Assembly (NCBI GenBank): GCA_003483065.1
Contig: DMWY01000001.1
Location: 8,606-72,605, forward strand
Source: Candidatus Moraniibacteriota bacterium
Lineage (GTDB): Bacteria; Patescibacteriota; Minisyncoccia; Moranbacterales; UBA2206
DNA length: 64,000 bases
Direction of reading: 5' to 3'
Below the pieces are notes generated by a model. That model saw only the letters and a list, made by a program, of their open reading frames with translations, was not told the origin of the DNA and ran no database searches. Position numbers and translations under genes: made by a program. Of the stretch, positions 27,836 to 36,734 are shown piece after piece; positions within the stretch are counted from its first letter, which is position 1; the number at the start of each line of letters is the position of its first letter.

Positions 27836-29629
27836 ATGACAAACCTATTAACCAAAAAATATGCCGTTGCGATTGTTATGCTAGCGATAGTCATCGGCGC
27901 TTTTACTTTCCGTTTTTACAATTTTTCTGATTGGTTATATTTCAAGATGGACCAATCGCGCGACGCGCAACTCATTAGTCATGCTATAAACGAAGGACCG
28001 ATGATGCTATCACTTTTGGGACCGAGAGCGGGCGCAACCGAAGTGGATAATGGCTTTTTGCGACTTGGTCCGGCCTATTATTATTTTCAATACATTTCTG
28101 GTTTTGTTTTCAATTCTACCGCTCCACAAGTCTTTGCCTATCCGGATTTGTTTTTTTCGATTTTGGGGATAATTTTGCTCTATTTTTTCTCGAGAATTTA
28201 TTTTTCCAAAAATATTTCACTTCTCATTTCGGCGATGTACGCTTTTTCTTTTATTGTGATTCAGTATTCTCGTTTTGCTTGGAATCCTAACTCGTTGCAA
28301 TTTTTTGCCCTGCTAACTTTTTTGGGACTTTTGAAATTTTTGAGCGAACAAAAATTAAAAAGAAAAATAGGCTGGCTAATTGTTTGGGCACTCGGGCTCT
28401 CTATTGGATCACAACTACATTTTTTTGGTTTCTTTGTGCTCACAGCTATTTCTGGGTGTCTCATTTTTTTTCACAGTCAATTTTGGCGATTACAAAAAAT
28501 CAAAGATATATTTCAGAAAAATATTTTGCAAAAAATAGCCGTTTATTCTTTGATTTTCATCTCTGTCTTCGCTTTGATTTATTCGCCTGTGATCATAAGC
28601 GACATAATGAGAAAGGGTGAAAACGCCGGAAATTTCATTCAAGCTTTGAGTTCTAAGGCGAAAAACAAAACTTTCGCAGAAAAAATATCCAAGAATTTTT
28701 CTGAGAATACTAAATATTATTGTCTCATCACCACTTCTTTTTGCGGAGAAGGGGAACCGTTTGATAGCGCAAAAAGTGCCTTGGCGTCAATTTTTTCGCT
28801 CGCATTGATTTTTTCCGGTTTGATTTTGATTGGGAAAGCCTTGCAAAAAGAAAAGAGTATTGAGAGGAGAAATTTTTTGGCGTTGCTGTTTTTATGGGTA
28901 GGCATGTTTTTCATTTTTACTTTTCCGGTTTCTTTTCAGCTTCGTCCAAGATTTTTCATTCTAGTTTTTGCTGTGCCATTTTTGCTTAGCGGAATAATAT
29001 TTGATTTTTTTCAAGAAAAATGGACAAAAAAAGCAATGTATTTTATTTTGGTATTTGCAACTATGATAATTGGATTAAATATATATGGAACACTGGCATG
29101 GTTTTCGGAGATGAATCAATCTCAAACTAAGGATGTGGAAATAAGTCGTACGTTGATTTTGAAAAACCAAGATGGTGTGACTTTAGGTGAACTGCAAAAA
29201 GCATCGGATTTTATCTATGAAAAAAGAAAAATAGGCAAAGACGTTTATTATTATGTAAAACCTGAGCATATAAATCCGATAAAATATATTTTAGCGCAAA
29301 AGAAAGACGCTAATTTTGTTTATGCGACTTTAAGTTTAAATGAAAATCCTAATGCTCAGTATTTTGCGATTATTCCTTCTGATGCTGATCCAAAAAAAGT
29401 TTTGGAAAAAAAATATGAAGTGCCGGTTGAGATATTATCTTCTCAAAATTGTGGCCAAATTTCAGTTTATGAGATAACTTTTCCCGAAAGAACTATTTCT
29501 AAGAATTTCAGATTTAACAAAAAATATTCCAAAACCGATCGACTTTTTTGGAAAGATGTTTTTGGAATAAGGAAAAGTTCAATTGAGGACGAAGATGAAT
29601 TAACTGATGATATAAATATGAATGAGTAA
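27836..29629 (+). CDS. GT-C-like membrane glycosyltransferase, 'DQSRD' paralog 1
   Basis: RFYNFSDWLYFKMDQSRDAQL...LGPAYYYF...PDLFFSIL...QYSRFAWNPNS is present. Confidence 0.5.
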   Translation: MTNLLTKKYAVAIVMLAIVIGAFTFRFYNFSDWLYFKMDQSRDAQLISHAINEGPMMLSLLGPRAGATEVDNGFLRLGPAYYYFQYISGFVFNSTAPQVFAYPDLFFSILGIILLYFFSRIYFSKNISLLISAMYAFSFIVIQYSRFAWNPNSLQFFALLTFLGLLKFLSEQKLKRKIGWLIVWALGLSIGSQLHFFGFFVLTAISGCLIFFHSQFWRLQKIKDIFQKNILQKIAVYSLIFISVFALIYSPVIISDIMRKGENAGNFIQALSSKAKNKTFAEKISKNFSENTKYYCLITTSFCGEGEPFDSAKSALASIFSLALIFSGLILIGKALQKEKSIERRNFLALLFLWVGMFFIFTFPVSFQLRPRFFILVFAVPFLLSGIIFDFFQEKWTKKAMYFILVFATMIIGLNIYGTLAWFSEMNQSQTKDVEISRTLILKNQDGVTLGELQKASDFIYEKRKIGKDVYYYVKPEHINPIKYILAQKKDANFVYATLSLNENPNAQYFAIIPSDADPKKVLEKKYEVPVEILSSQNCGQISVYEITFPERTISKNFRFNKKYSKTDRLFWKDVFGIRKSSIEDEDELTDDINMNE

Positions 29630-31397
29630 TATTTTGGAAAAAATAAAAAAATATCAAATTGCAATAATATTATCGCTAATTATTATTGTCGGTATATTTT
29701 TGCGCACCTATCATTTTTCGGATTGGTTGTTTTTTCAATCTGACCAATCAAGGGATTTGAATTTGGTAAGTCATGCAGTTGAAAATGGTCCTGGTTGGCT
29801 ACCGCTTTTAGGGCCAAAAGCCGGAGGAACATTTTTGCGCTTGGGTCCGATTTTCTATTATTTTCTATATCTTTCCGGAAAAATTTTTGGACTGAGCGAA
29901 CCTTGGAAAGCTGCTTTTCCGGATTTGTTTTTTTCTGTTTTGACCATTCCACTTTTCTATTTTTTCCTCAAAGAATTTTTTTCCAAAAATTGGACACTTA
30001 TAATCACGGCTTCATACGCAGTTTGTTTTTTTGCGGTTCAATATTCTCGCTTTGCTTGGAATCCCAATTCTCTGCCTTTTTTCAATCTGCTTTTCTTTTA
30101 TGCTTTATTGAAATTTTTTGATGCTTCGGATAGACGAAGAATGATTTGCTGGACAATAGTTACGGGAATTTCTTATGCCATTGCTAGTCAACTTCATTTT
30201 GTTTGTTTTTTTAGTTTTCCGATTGCCACCTTGGCAATTATTTTATTTCGAAAAATTATTCTTAAATATTCAGTCGGTCAATTTTTCAAATATGTCCCGA
30301 TTGTTATTGCCATTTTTATTTTATTTTATATTCCAATGATACTTAGCGATATGCAAGCCGACGGGAATAATGCGATTAATTTTTTGGTTTCTTTTGAAAG
30401 TAAGAGTTCGGATTCTGGGATAGCAGAGCTTGCAAAGACAAATATTTTTAATTTTTCCAAGTACTTTGCAATTATTTGGTCGGGCGTGGTTGATGCGGAT
30501 AAAAAAACATACAAATTATTTTCATACTTTATGCTTGCCGGATTGATTGGTGGAGGCTTGCTTTTTAGAAAAGAAACAGACGTAAGAAAAAAAATGTTTA
30601 TATTTGCAATTTTTGCGTGGCTTATTTCTTATTTCATTGTTTATTTCCCTCTAGGATCAAAGGTTCAGCCGAGACATTTTTTGCCGATTTTGCCGTTGCC
30701 ATTTATCTTTTGGGGATTTTTGATTTTATTTATAAATAAAATCAGCTGGAAATATAAATCTTTGATCATTGGGTCAATGTTGTTTTTGCCTATCGCGCTT
30801 AACGCGTATAGCGTCAAAACTTGGTTTGGCGAGCTTGGCGATTCGCAAACTAAAATTTCTCATCCGAGAAAATCAGCGCTTTTGAAATCAGTAGAGGGTG
30901 AAGATTGGTGGCATTTGAAAAAAACGGCTGAATATATAAAAAATGATTGCTATGGAGAAGATAAAAAAATATTCATTATTCCGCTTAAGAAAAGCTATCG
31001 CGATCTTATTAGTTATTCACTGGAAAGTATTGGAGAAAAAAGGGAATACAGTATAAAACTCGGATCGATGGAATATTATCCGGACAGTTGCTATTATTTT
31101 ATGTATTTTATGAAAAATTATTCTCCTGATTATTTTGATGGGCAAATAAGAAAAATAAGCGAAAAAAGTTTTGGTGATATTGGCGTTGTGCATTTTAAAA
31201 TAAATTCACAAGCGATAGCAGGGGGGGATAAAATTGAAAATCCTTTCAGAAAAGAAGACGGAGGGCAAGAAAGAAAAGATAGTAATATTGAAAGTGGCTC
31301 AGATGACAATAGCTCAATCGATGGAAGTGAGGATAATTCATGGTTGATTCCAAAAAGAAGAGAAAGAATTTTCTGGAAAGATTTATTTAATCAATAA
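29622..31397 (+). CDS. GT-C-like membrane glycosyltransferase, 'DQSRD' paralog 2, with acidic/Ser-rich C-terminal tail
   Basis: RTYHFSDWLFFQSDQSRDLNL...QYSRFAWNPNS is present. The tail reads GGQERKDSNIESGSDDNSSIDGSEDNS. The ORF overlaps paralog 1 by 8 nt. Confidence 0.5.
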   Translation: MSNILEKIKKYQIAIILSLIIIVGIFLRTYHFSDWLFFQSDQSRDLNLVSHAVENGPGWLPLLGPKAGGTFLRLGPIFYYFLYLSGKIFGLSEPWKAAFPDLFFSVLTIPLFYFFLKEFFSKNWTLIITASYAVCFFAVQYSRFAWNPNSLPFFNLLFFYALLKFFDASDRRRMICWTIVTGISYAIASQLHFVCFFSFPIATLAIILFRKIILKYSVGQFFKYVPIVIAIFILFYIPMILSDMQADGNNAINFLVSFESKSSDSGIAELAKTNIFNFSKYFAIIWSGVVDADKKTYKLFSYFMLAGLIGGGLLFRKETDVRKKMFIFAIFAWLISYFIVYFPLGSKVQPRHFLPILPLPFIFWGFLILFINKISWKYKSLIIGSMLFLPIALNAYSVKTWFGELGDSQTKISHPRKSALLKSVEGEDWWHLKKTAEYIKNDCYGEDKKIFIIPLKKSYRDLISYSLESIGEKREYSIKLGSMEYYPDSCYYFMYFMKNYSPDYFDGQIRKISEKSFGDIGVVHFKINSQAIAGGDKIENPFRKEDGGQERKDSNIESGSDDNSSIDGSEDNSWLIPKRRERIFWKDLFNQ

Positions 31398-31412
31398 AAT
31401 AATAGTTAAATT

Positions 31413-33038
31413 ATGAATTTTTTGAAAAAAATTGGCAGAAAAGAAAAAATAATAGTCGTTATTAGTTTTCTTGTTTTTTTGGTTATTGGAATATTTTTGC
31501 GAACATACCATTTCTCTGATTGGCTTAGATTTAATATGGATCAGTCGCGTGATGCAGAATTGATAGAAAACTTGAGTGAAAACAATGATTTGCCAAAATT
31601 AGGCCCGGGAGCGGGCGGAACAGAATTTCAATTGGGCCCGGCATTTTATTATTTTCAATTAATTTCAGCAAAAATATTTGGCGTGGAGCCGGAAAAATTA
31701 GCTTATCCGGACTTGTTTTTTTCAATTTTGTCGATCGGCCTGTTCTTTCTTTTGGTAAAAATTTATTTTGAAATTCCCATCGCATTGACTTTGACTTGGC
31801 TGTATTCAATTTCATATTTTGTGGTTAAATTTTCTCGTTTTGCTTGGAATCCAAACTCTACGCCATTTTTTGTGATGTTTTTTATCTATGCGCTTTATAA
31901 TTTGGCAATTTCACAAAAAAGGAAAATTGTTTGGGCAATTTTGACAGGAGTGTCTTTGGGAATTTGCATTCAATTACACACCTCGCTTTTGATAATTCTG
32001 CCGATACTTTCTTTTTTTGTAGCTATTATTTTTATCAGGAAAAAAATAGTTTCGACAACTATAATAGTAATTGTTATCGCAACTACTATTTTTGCTAATG
32101 TTCCACAAATTGTCACGGAAATTAGAAGTGGCGGATTTAATTCCAAACAATTTATATTGGGGATTACTAATAAAAATGAGCGAAATAATAGCTGGGCGAA
32201 TAATCTTGCCTTGAATTTTTCTTGTCATATCAAAACCAATAATCACATCCTTACTTCCATGGGAAATGAAAATGAGTGCGGGTATGAAAATGATTGGAAA
32301 ACATTCAAGAAGTTGGATGGCAAAAGAATGACTATTGGAGAAAAAATATTTTTTGTTGCATCAATTTTGCTATCATTGATATTTTCATTGGGAGGATATT
32401 TTCTTCTATTTAAAAAAACTATAAAAGAAAGCGATAAGAATAAAAAACTTTTCTTGGGTTTTATAGTGGGTTATATATTTTTGTCTTTTGTTTTCTACAT
32501 AACTTGGGCTACTGAATTGGCAGTGCGTTTTTTCCTGCCATTGTCATTTGTTCCGTTTATAATCCTAGGTTTTTGGTTGAATTTTTTTGAGAAAAAATTC
32601 AAAAAAGGCCTATGGATTGTGGTAATAATCATTGCTAGCATTTCGTTTTTTAATTTGCAAAAAATATCACATACGTACAGGGATTTGCAATATGGCGGGA
32701 AGGAGATTAATGGCGATTTTGATTATCTGACTTTAGGAGAGGGAAAATATGTGGTTGATTTTGTCAAAAACAATACTGATAAAAAAACAAACGTTATCGA
32801 TGCGCAAGCTGGTTATCTTTTTAAATCAATTCGCTCACTTCAATTTTTGGCGGGGAAAGAAAATATCGAAATAATTCAACTGAAAAAAGAGATTGAATTA
32901 AATTCTGGAGACAGACTGTTTTATTTGAAAAATGCTGAGAATAAATGCGAACTCTCTCAAGAGATAGCAAAAAAATATGACATTGAAAAATGTTCAATTT
33001 TTCGCCAATTTTCAATTTTTGTATTAAAAGTTAAATAA
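31413..33038 (+). CDS. GT-C-like membrane glycosyltransferase, 'DQSRD' paralog 3
   Basis: RTYHFSDWLRFNMDQSRDAEL...KFSRFAWNPNS is present. Confidence 0.5.
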   Translation: MNFLKKIGRKEKIIVVISFLVFLVIGIFLRTYHFSDWLRFNMDQSRDAELIENLSENNDLPKLGPGAGGTEFQLGPAFYYFQLISAKIFGVEPEKLAYPDLFFSILSIGLFFLLVKIYFEIPIALTLTWLYSISYFVVKFSRFAWNPNSTPFFVMFFIYALYNLAISQKRKIVWAILTGVSLGICIQLHTSLLIILPILSFFVAIIFIRKKIVSTTIIVIVIATTIFANVPQIVTEIRSGGFNSKQFILGITNKNERNNSWANNLALNFSCHIKTNNHILTSMGNENECGYENDWKTFKKLDGKRMTIGEKIFFVASILLSLIFSLGGYFLLFKKTIKESDKNKKLFLGFIVGYIFLSFVFYITWATELAVRFFLPLSFVPFIILGFWLNFFEKKFKKGLWIVVIIIASISFFNLQKISHTYRDLQYGGKEINGDFDYLTLGEGKYVVDFVKNNTDKKTNVIDAQAGYLFKSIRSLQFLAGKENIEIIQLKKEIELNSGDRLFYLKNAENKCELSQEIAKKYDIEKCSIFRQFSIFVLKVK

Positions 33039-33042
33039 TTTG

Positions 33043-34647
33043 TCAATTTCGTTCCAAGTAAATAAAAAATCTTCCATACGAATCATATGTAATTGGTGGT
33101 AGCGGTTCATTTAGTACTTTATTTTTTTTCTTTGAGCTAGTTAAATAAAATATCTGATCTGAAGATGAATTTTTTGTAAGACCAGTATCGTCTTTATTAA
33201 TGGAGATTAAGTTTATATCAGATTTGGCCACGAAAAATTTGATTGAGTTTGATGATTTTCTGAGATATTGTTTCTTTCCTTCGATATAAGCCACACCTCC
33301 TTTATTTGAATTGTTAATAATAAATTGAGAAATTACCTCTATTTCTTTTAGCGTAACATTTTCTATGGTGGCGATATCTTGACGAAGACCACCATTTTCA
33401 ATTTTTTTAAAATCAGCGAAATAATTCAAGGTGAAAAAAATATTGGTTGCGATAAGTATGAATATTGATAAGAATGGGATATAAGCATAGTTGCCAAGCA
33501 ATCTATCTGTTAAAAATTTTATCCATAAGCCAAGTAAAATAAAAGGCAAAAAAATCAGAGGGAGAAAGAATCTCATTGAAATTTCATATGCCAGAGGCAC
33601 AAAAAGTAAATAAGCAATTCCTGAATACAGAAAGATTAGTATCAAGAAAGATTTTCTGTTCCAGTCCTGCTCTTGCAAAAAATATTTAATTCCAATCACT
33701 AAACCACCCACAGCAAAGACTAATCCAGACAAAAAAATTATCCAATCAGTTTTTTTGCTGGTTAGTTTGATGGTACATCCATCGGATATCGCATAGCCTG
33801 AAAGAGTGACAACACTGCTTTGTACCCAACAGCTTGAATCTTGTAGGACATTTCTCATCAATTTGTTTTTTGAATCTTTTCTGGCATTTACACCAGAAAA
33901 GAATTCGGCGATATTTTTGCCACCTGTTTGATATTCATTAATAAATTGAGGAATGTTTAGAAATAATGATATTGTTAAAATTATAAAAAAATATTTAAAT
34001 AGGTTTATTTTTTTAATAAATAAAAATCCAAAGACAATTATCGTAGTTATCGGAAGAAGCAATAGCGATGTTGTGTGTAATTGAACTCCGACGCCAATGG
34101 CTATACCGGTGATTATCGCCCAAAATGCTCTGTTGGTATTTTTTTGAGAAATAATATTGTGGATTCCATAAAGACTTAGAATTGTCCAAAATGGCGTAGA
34201 GTTGGGATTCCAAGCGAAACGGGCATATTGAATAGCATAAAAAGACATAGTCAATAAGGTAGCCATTGATAATGATATCTTGATATTAAAATATTTGCGA
34301 AGAAAAAAGAAAAGAAGTGGTATGCACAATATTGATGAAACTAAATCCGGATAAGCCATTTTATCAGGAAAGTTTCCGAATATCTTAGCGGAAATTATTT
34401 GAAAATAATAAGGCATTGGTCCAAGTTTGAAAAAAGTGCCACCCGCTTTAGATCCCAATAACGGAAGCGGGCTTGTTCCATCAACTACACTACCGATCAA
34501 AATGGCATCACGACCCTGATCCATATTAAAGCGAAGCCAATCATGAAATTTATAGGTGCGAAAAAAAATACCTACTATTAATATAAGGCCAAAAATCGCA
34601 TAAATAAATCGCTTAGAATTTAAAATTGTTTTTATTTGTTGGAACAT
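33043..34647 (-). CDS. GT-C-like membrane glycosyltransferase, 'DQGRD' paralog 4 (convergent)
   Basis: RTYKFHDWLRFNMDQGRDAIL...QYARFAWNPNS is present. Confidence 0.5.
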   Translation of the reverse strand: MFQQIKTILNSKRFIYAIFGLILIVGIFFRTYKFHDWLRFNMDQGRDAILIGSVVDGTSPLPLLGSKAGGTFFKLGPMPYYFQIISAKIFGNFPDKMAYPDLVSSILCIPLLFFFLRKYFNIKISLSMATLLTMSFYAIQYARFAWNPNSTPFWTILSLYGIHNIISQKNTNRAFWAIITGIAIGVGVQLHTTSLLLLPITTIIVFGFLFIKKINLFKYFFIILTISLFLNIPQFINEYQTGGKNIAEFFSGVNARKDSKNKLMRNVLQDSSCWVQSSVVTLSGYAISDGCTIKLTSKKTDWIIFLSGLVFAVGGLVIGIKYFLQEQDWNRKSFLILIFLYSGIAYLLFVPLAYEISMRFFLPLIFLPFILLGLWIKFLTDRLLGNYAYIPFLSIFILIATNIFFTLNYFADFKKIENGGLRQDIATIENVTLKEIEVISQFIINNSNKGGVAYIEGKKQYLRKSSNSIKFFVAKSDINLISINKDDTGLTKNSSSDQIFYLTSSKKKNKVLNEPLPPITYDSYGRFFIYLERN

Positions 34648-34660
34648 TATTTTGCATTAA

Positions 34661-36139
34661 TTATTTTTTCTTGCGGACGATATTTTTGAAATAAAGTATA
34701 TCGTCTTTTTTTATTTCTCCGAAGATATAAAGAATAAAAAGATAAAAACCAAAAAGAATTGCTGACCAAAAAAGGAAAGCGATTTCTCCCTGAGAGAAAA
34801 AGAGTGATGCGCCATACATCAGGATTCCAGCCAAAAGTGTTCTTATTAGACTCTTTAGTTTTATCAAAACTCCAAAATCGCGCCAGAGATAATAGAGCAT
34901 CCAGAGCATTATTATCAGGGATGTGATGGTGGTGGCAATGGCTGAACCGACAATACCATATTTTCCAATTAGAATATAATTTAAAATTGCATTGATAACA
35001 AAACCCAGAATGGAAATGAGCATGGTAATTTTGGTTTTGCCAGCGCCATTCATCGCAAAACTCATCACATAGAAGATTGTGAGAAATCCGACTCCATACT
35101 CCAAAATCGACATAGCTTGCGCTCCAGAGGCATATTTTGCCCCGTAGAAGTCCAAAAGAATGGGCTTGGCGAAAACGGACATCAAAATGATCATTGGCAC
35201 TAAAAGAATAAGCATAATGCGCAGTGAATCTCCCAAAATCTTGGCGGTTTTTTCGTGATTATTTTGTGAAGTTGATTTTGACACCATAGGCAAAAGAAAA
35301 ACTGTCATAGCATAAAAAACATAGTAGGGGATTCGACCGACCGTGAGGGCTGCGTTATAAATTCCAGTTAATTTGTCATCATGCAAAATGGCTTTTACCA
35401 AATAGAGATCAATGCTGATTAAAAGTTCATAAGCCAAAAAGAAAATGACAATTTGCCAGGCGTAATTTAGTAATTTTTTCCAAGGAAAAAAAATTTCAAC
35501 CTTATTTTCCTTTTGCGCTTGTTTTTCAAGTTGCGGAGAGATGTAAAATTTATCTATTAAAAAAGCTACCAAAAAAACTGATCCAGGAGCGACGATATAT
35601 CCAACTATCGAACCTTCTACTTTCCAAAAATAGGCCAGCGAAATCACAAAAGCAATTCGGAAAATTGAACGTAGTGTTTTGAGGGTAGCTTGAAGATTGA
35701 ATTTGTGTAGTCCGGTATAGAAGGAAAAATAAAAGGATGCGGCTGCGAAAGCTGGGATTATGAGGGTGGAAATGCGAAAAAGGGGAATGAGGGTTGGGTC
35801 GCCCAGTAGTCGGCAAATAAGCGGAATGGAAAAAAAGAAAATTATTGTAATACCCGCAATTATTATTGTTTGCAATATTATCGCTTGGTGTTTTATTTTT
35901 TGCACCATTCGAGAATTATTTTCAAAATATTCGCTAATATATTTGCTCATTGCCGTTGGAATGCCATTGCCGATGAGAATTATGACCATTGTGGTGAGTG
36001 TGATGACAAGCCCATATCGTCCATAATCTGCGGGGCCCAAAAATCTTCCCAAAACACTGTGAATAATGAAACCGGAAAGATTGAAAAAAATTTCCGAGAT
36101 TGTCACCCAGACGGCCGATTTAGCTAGATTGCTTTTCAT
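34661..36139 (-). CDS. Wzx-type oligosaccharide/polysaccharide flippase (MOP superfamily)
   Basis: The protein is 492 aa with ~12 TM helices. The N-terminal AKSAVWVTISEIFFNLSGFIIHSVLGRFLGPADYG is present. Confidence 0.65.
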   Translation of the reverse strand: MKSNLAKSAVWVTISEIFFNLSGFIIHSVLGRFLGPADYGRYGLVITLTTMVIILIGNGIPTAMSKYISEYFENNSRMVQKIKHQAIILQTIIIAGITIIFFFSIPLICRLLGDPTLIPLFRISTLIIPAFAAASFYFSFYTGLHKFNLQATLKTLRSIFRIAFVISLAYFWKVEGSIVGYIVAPGSVFLVAFLIDKFYISPQLEKQAQKENKVEIFFPWKKLLNYAWQIVIFFLAYELLISIDLYLVKAILHDDKLTGIYNAALTVGRIPYYVFYAMTVFLLPMVSKSTSQNNHEKTAKILGDSLRIMLILLVPMIILMSVFAKPILLDFYGAKYASGAQAMSILEYGVGFLTIFYVMSFAMNGAGKTKITMLISILGFVINAILNYILIGKYGIVGSAIATTITSLIIMLWMLYYLWRDFGVLIKLKSLIRTLLAGILMYGASLFFSQGEIAFLFWSAILFGFYLFILYIFGEIKKDDILYFKNIVRKKK

Positions 36140-36705
36140 AAAAAGGATTTTATTTTTTTATAAATTTCTTCTTGATTTTGATTGCCATCAATCAGTTTCA
36201 TGTTCCACGTGAGATATTTTTCGTCATATAATTCTTTTTTCTTTTGGAGATAATCAATTCCTTGATCAGGTTTTCTTTCTCGAGACATAATAATTTTTGG
36301 ATTAGCTTGAAGATAGATGGCTATGTCAGGAGATTTGATGAATTTTTCACAAGGAATGTTTTTTTGTGAATTACTTAGAAAATAAATATTAATTACACTG
36401 TCATAAAAATACCGATCAGAGAGAATATAATCATATTTTTCTTTTTCTAATTTTCTATATAATTTTTTGAAACGCCAAATATCAATCATCAGAAATATTC
36501 TTCGCAGGATAATTTGAAGGAAAGTGGCTTTCGTTACGCTCTTACTAGAGCCAATTTTTTTTCTTGCAAATTTATTAGCCAAAGAAAAAGCTATTGCATG
36601 AAAATAAAAAACCCGCTTATTTTGCGATTTCAAATATTCTTTTAGCAATTCTGCTTGAGTTGATTTTCCTGAGCCATCGAGGCCGGAAATTGTGATTAAT
36701 TTCAT
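36136..36705 (-). CDS. dTMP-kinase-like P-loop nucleotide kinase
   Basis: ISGLDGSGKSTQ is the P-loop, and LSDRYFYDSV is a DRY motif at the Tmk-typical position. The ORF overlaps the Wzx start by 4 nt. Confidence 0.45.
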   Translation of the reverse strand: MKLITISGLDGSGKSTQAELLKEYLKSQNKRVFYFHAIAFSLANKFARKKIGSSKSVTKATFLQIILRRIFLMIDIWRFKKLYRKLEKEKYDYILSDRYFYDSVINIYFLSNSQKNIPCEKFIKSPDIAIYLQANPKIIMSRERKPDQGIDYLQKKKELYDEKYLTWNMKLIDGNQNQEEIYKKIKSFL

Positions 36706-36734
36706 TTTATTTTTTACTAATTACGAATTGTATG

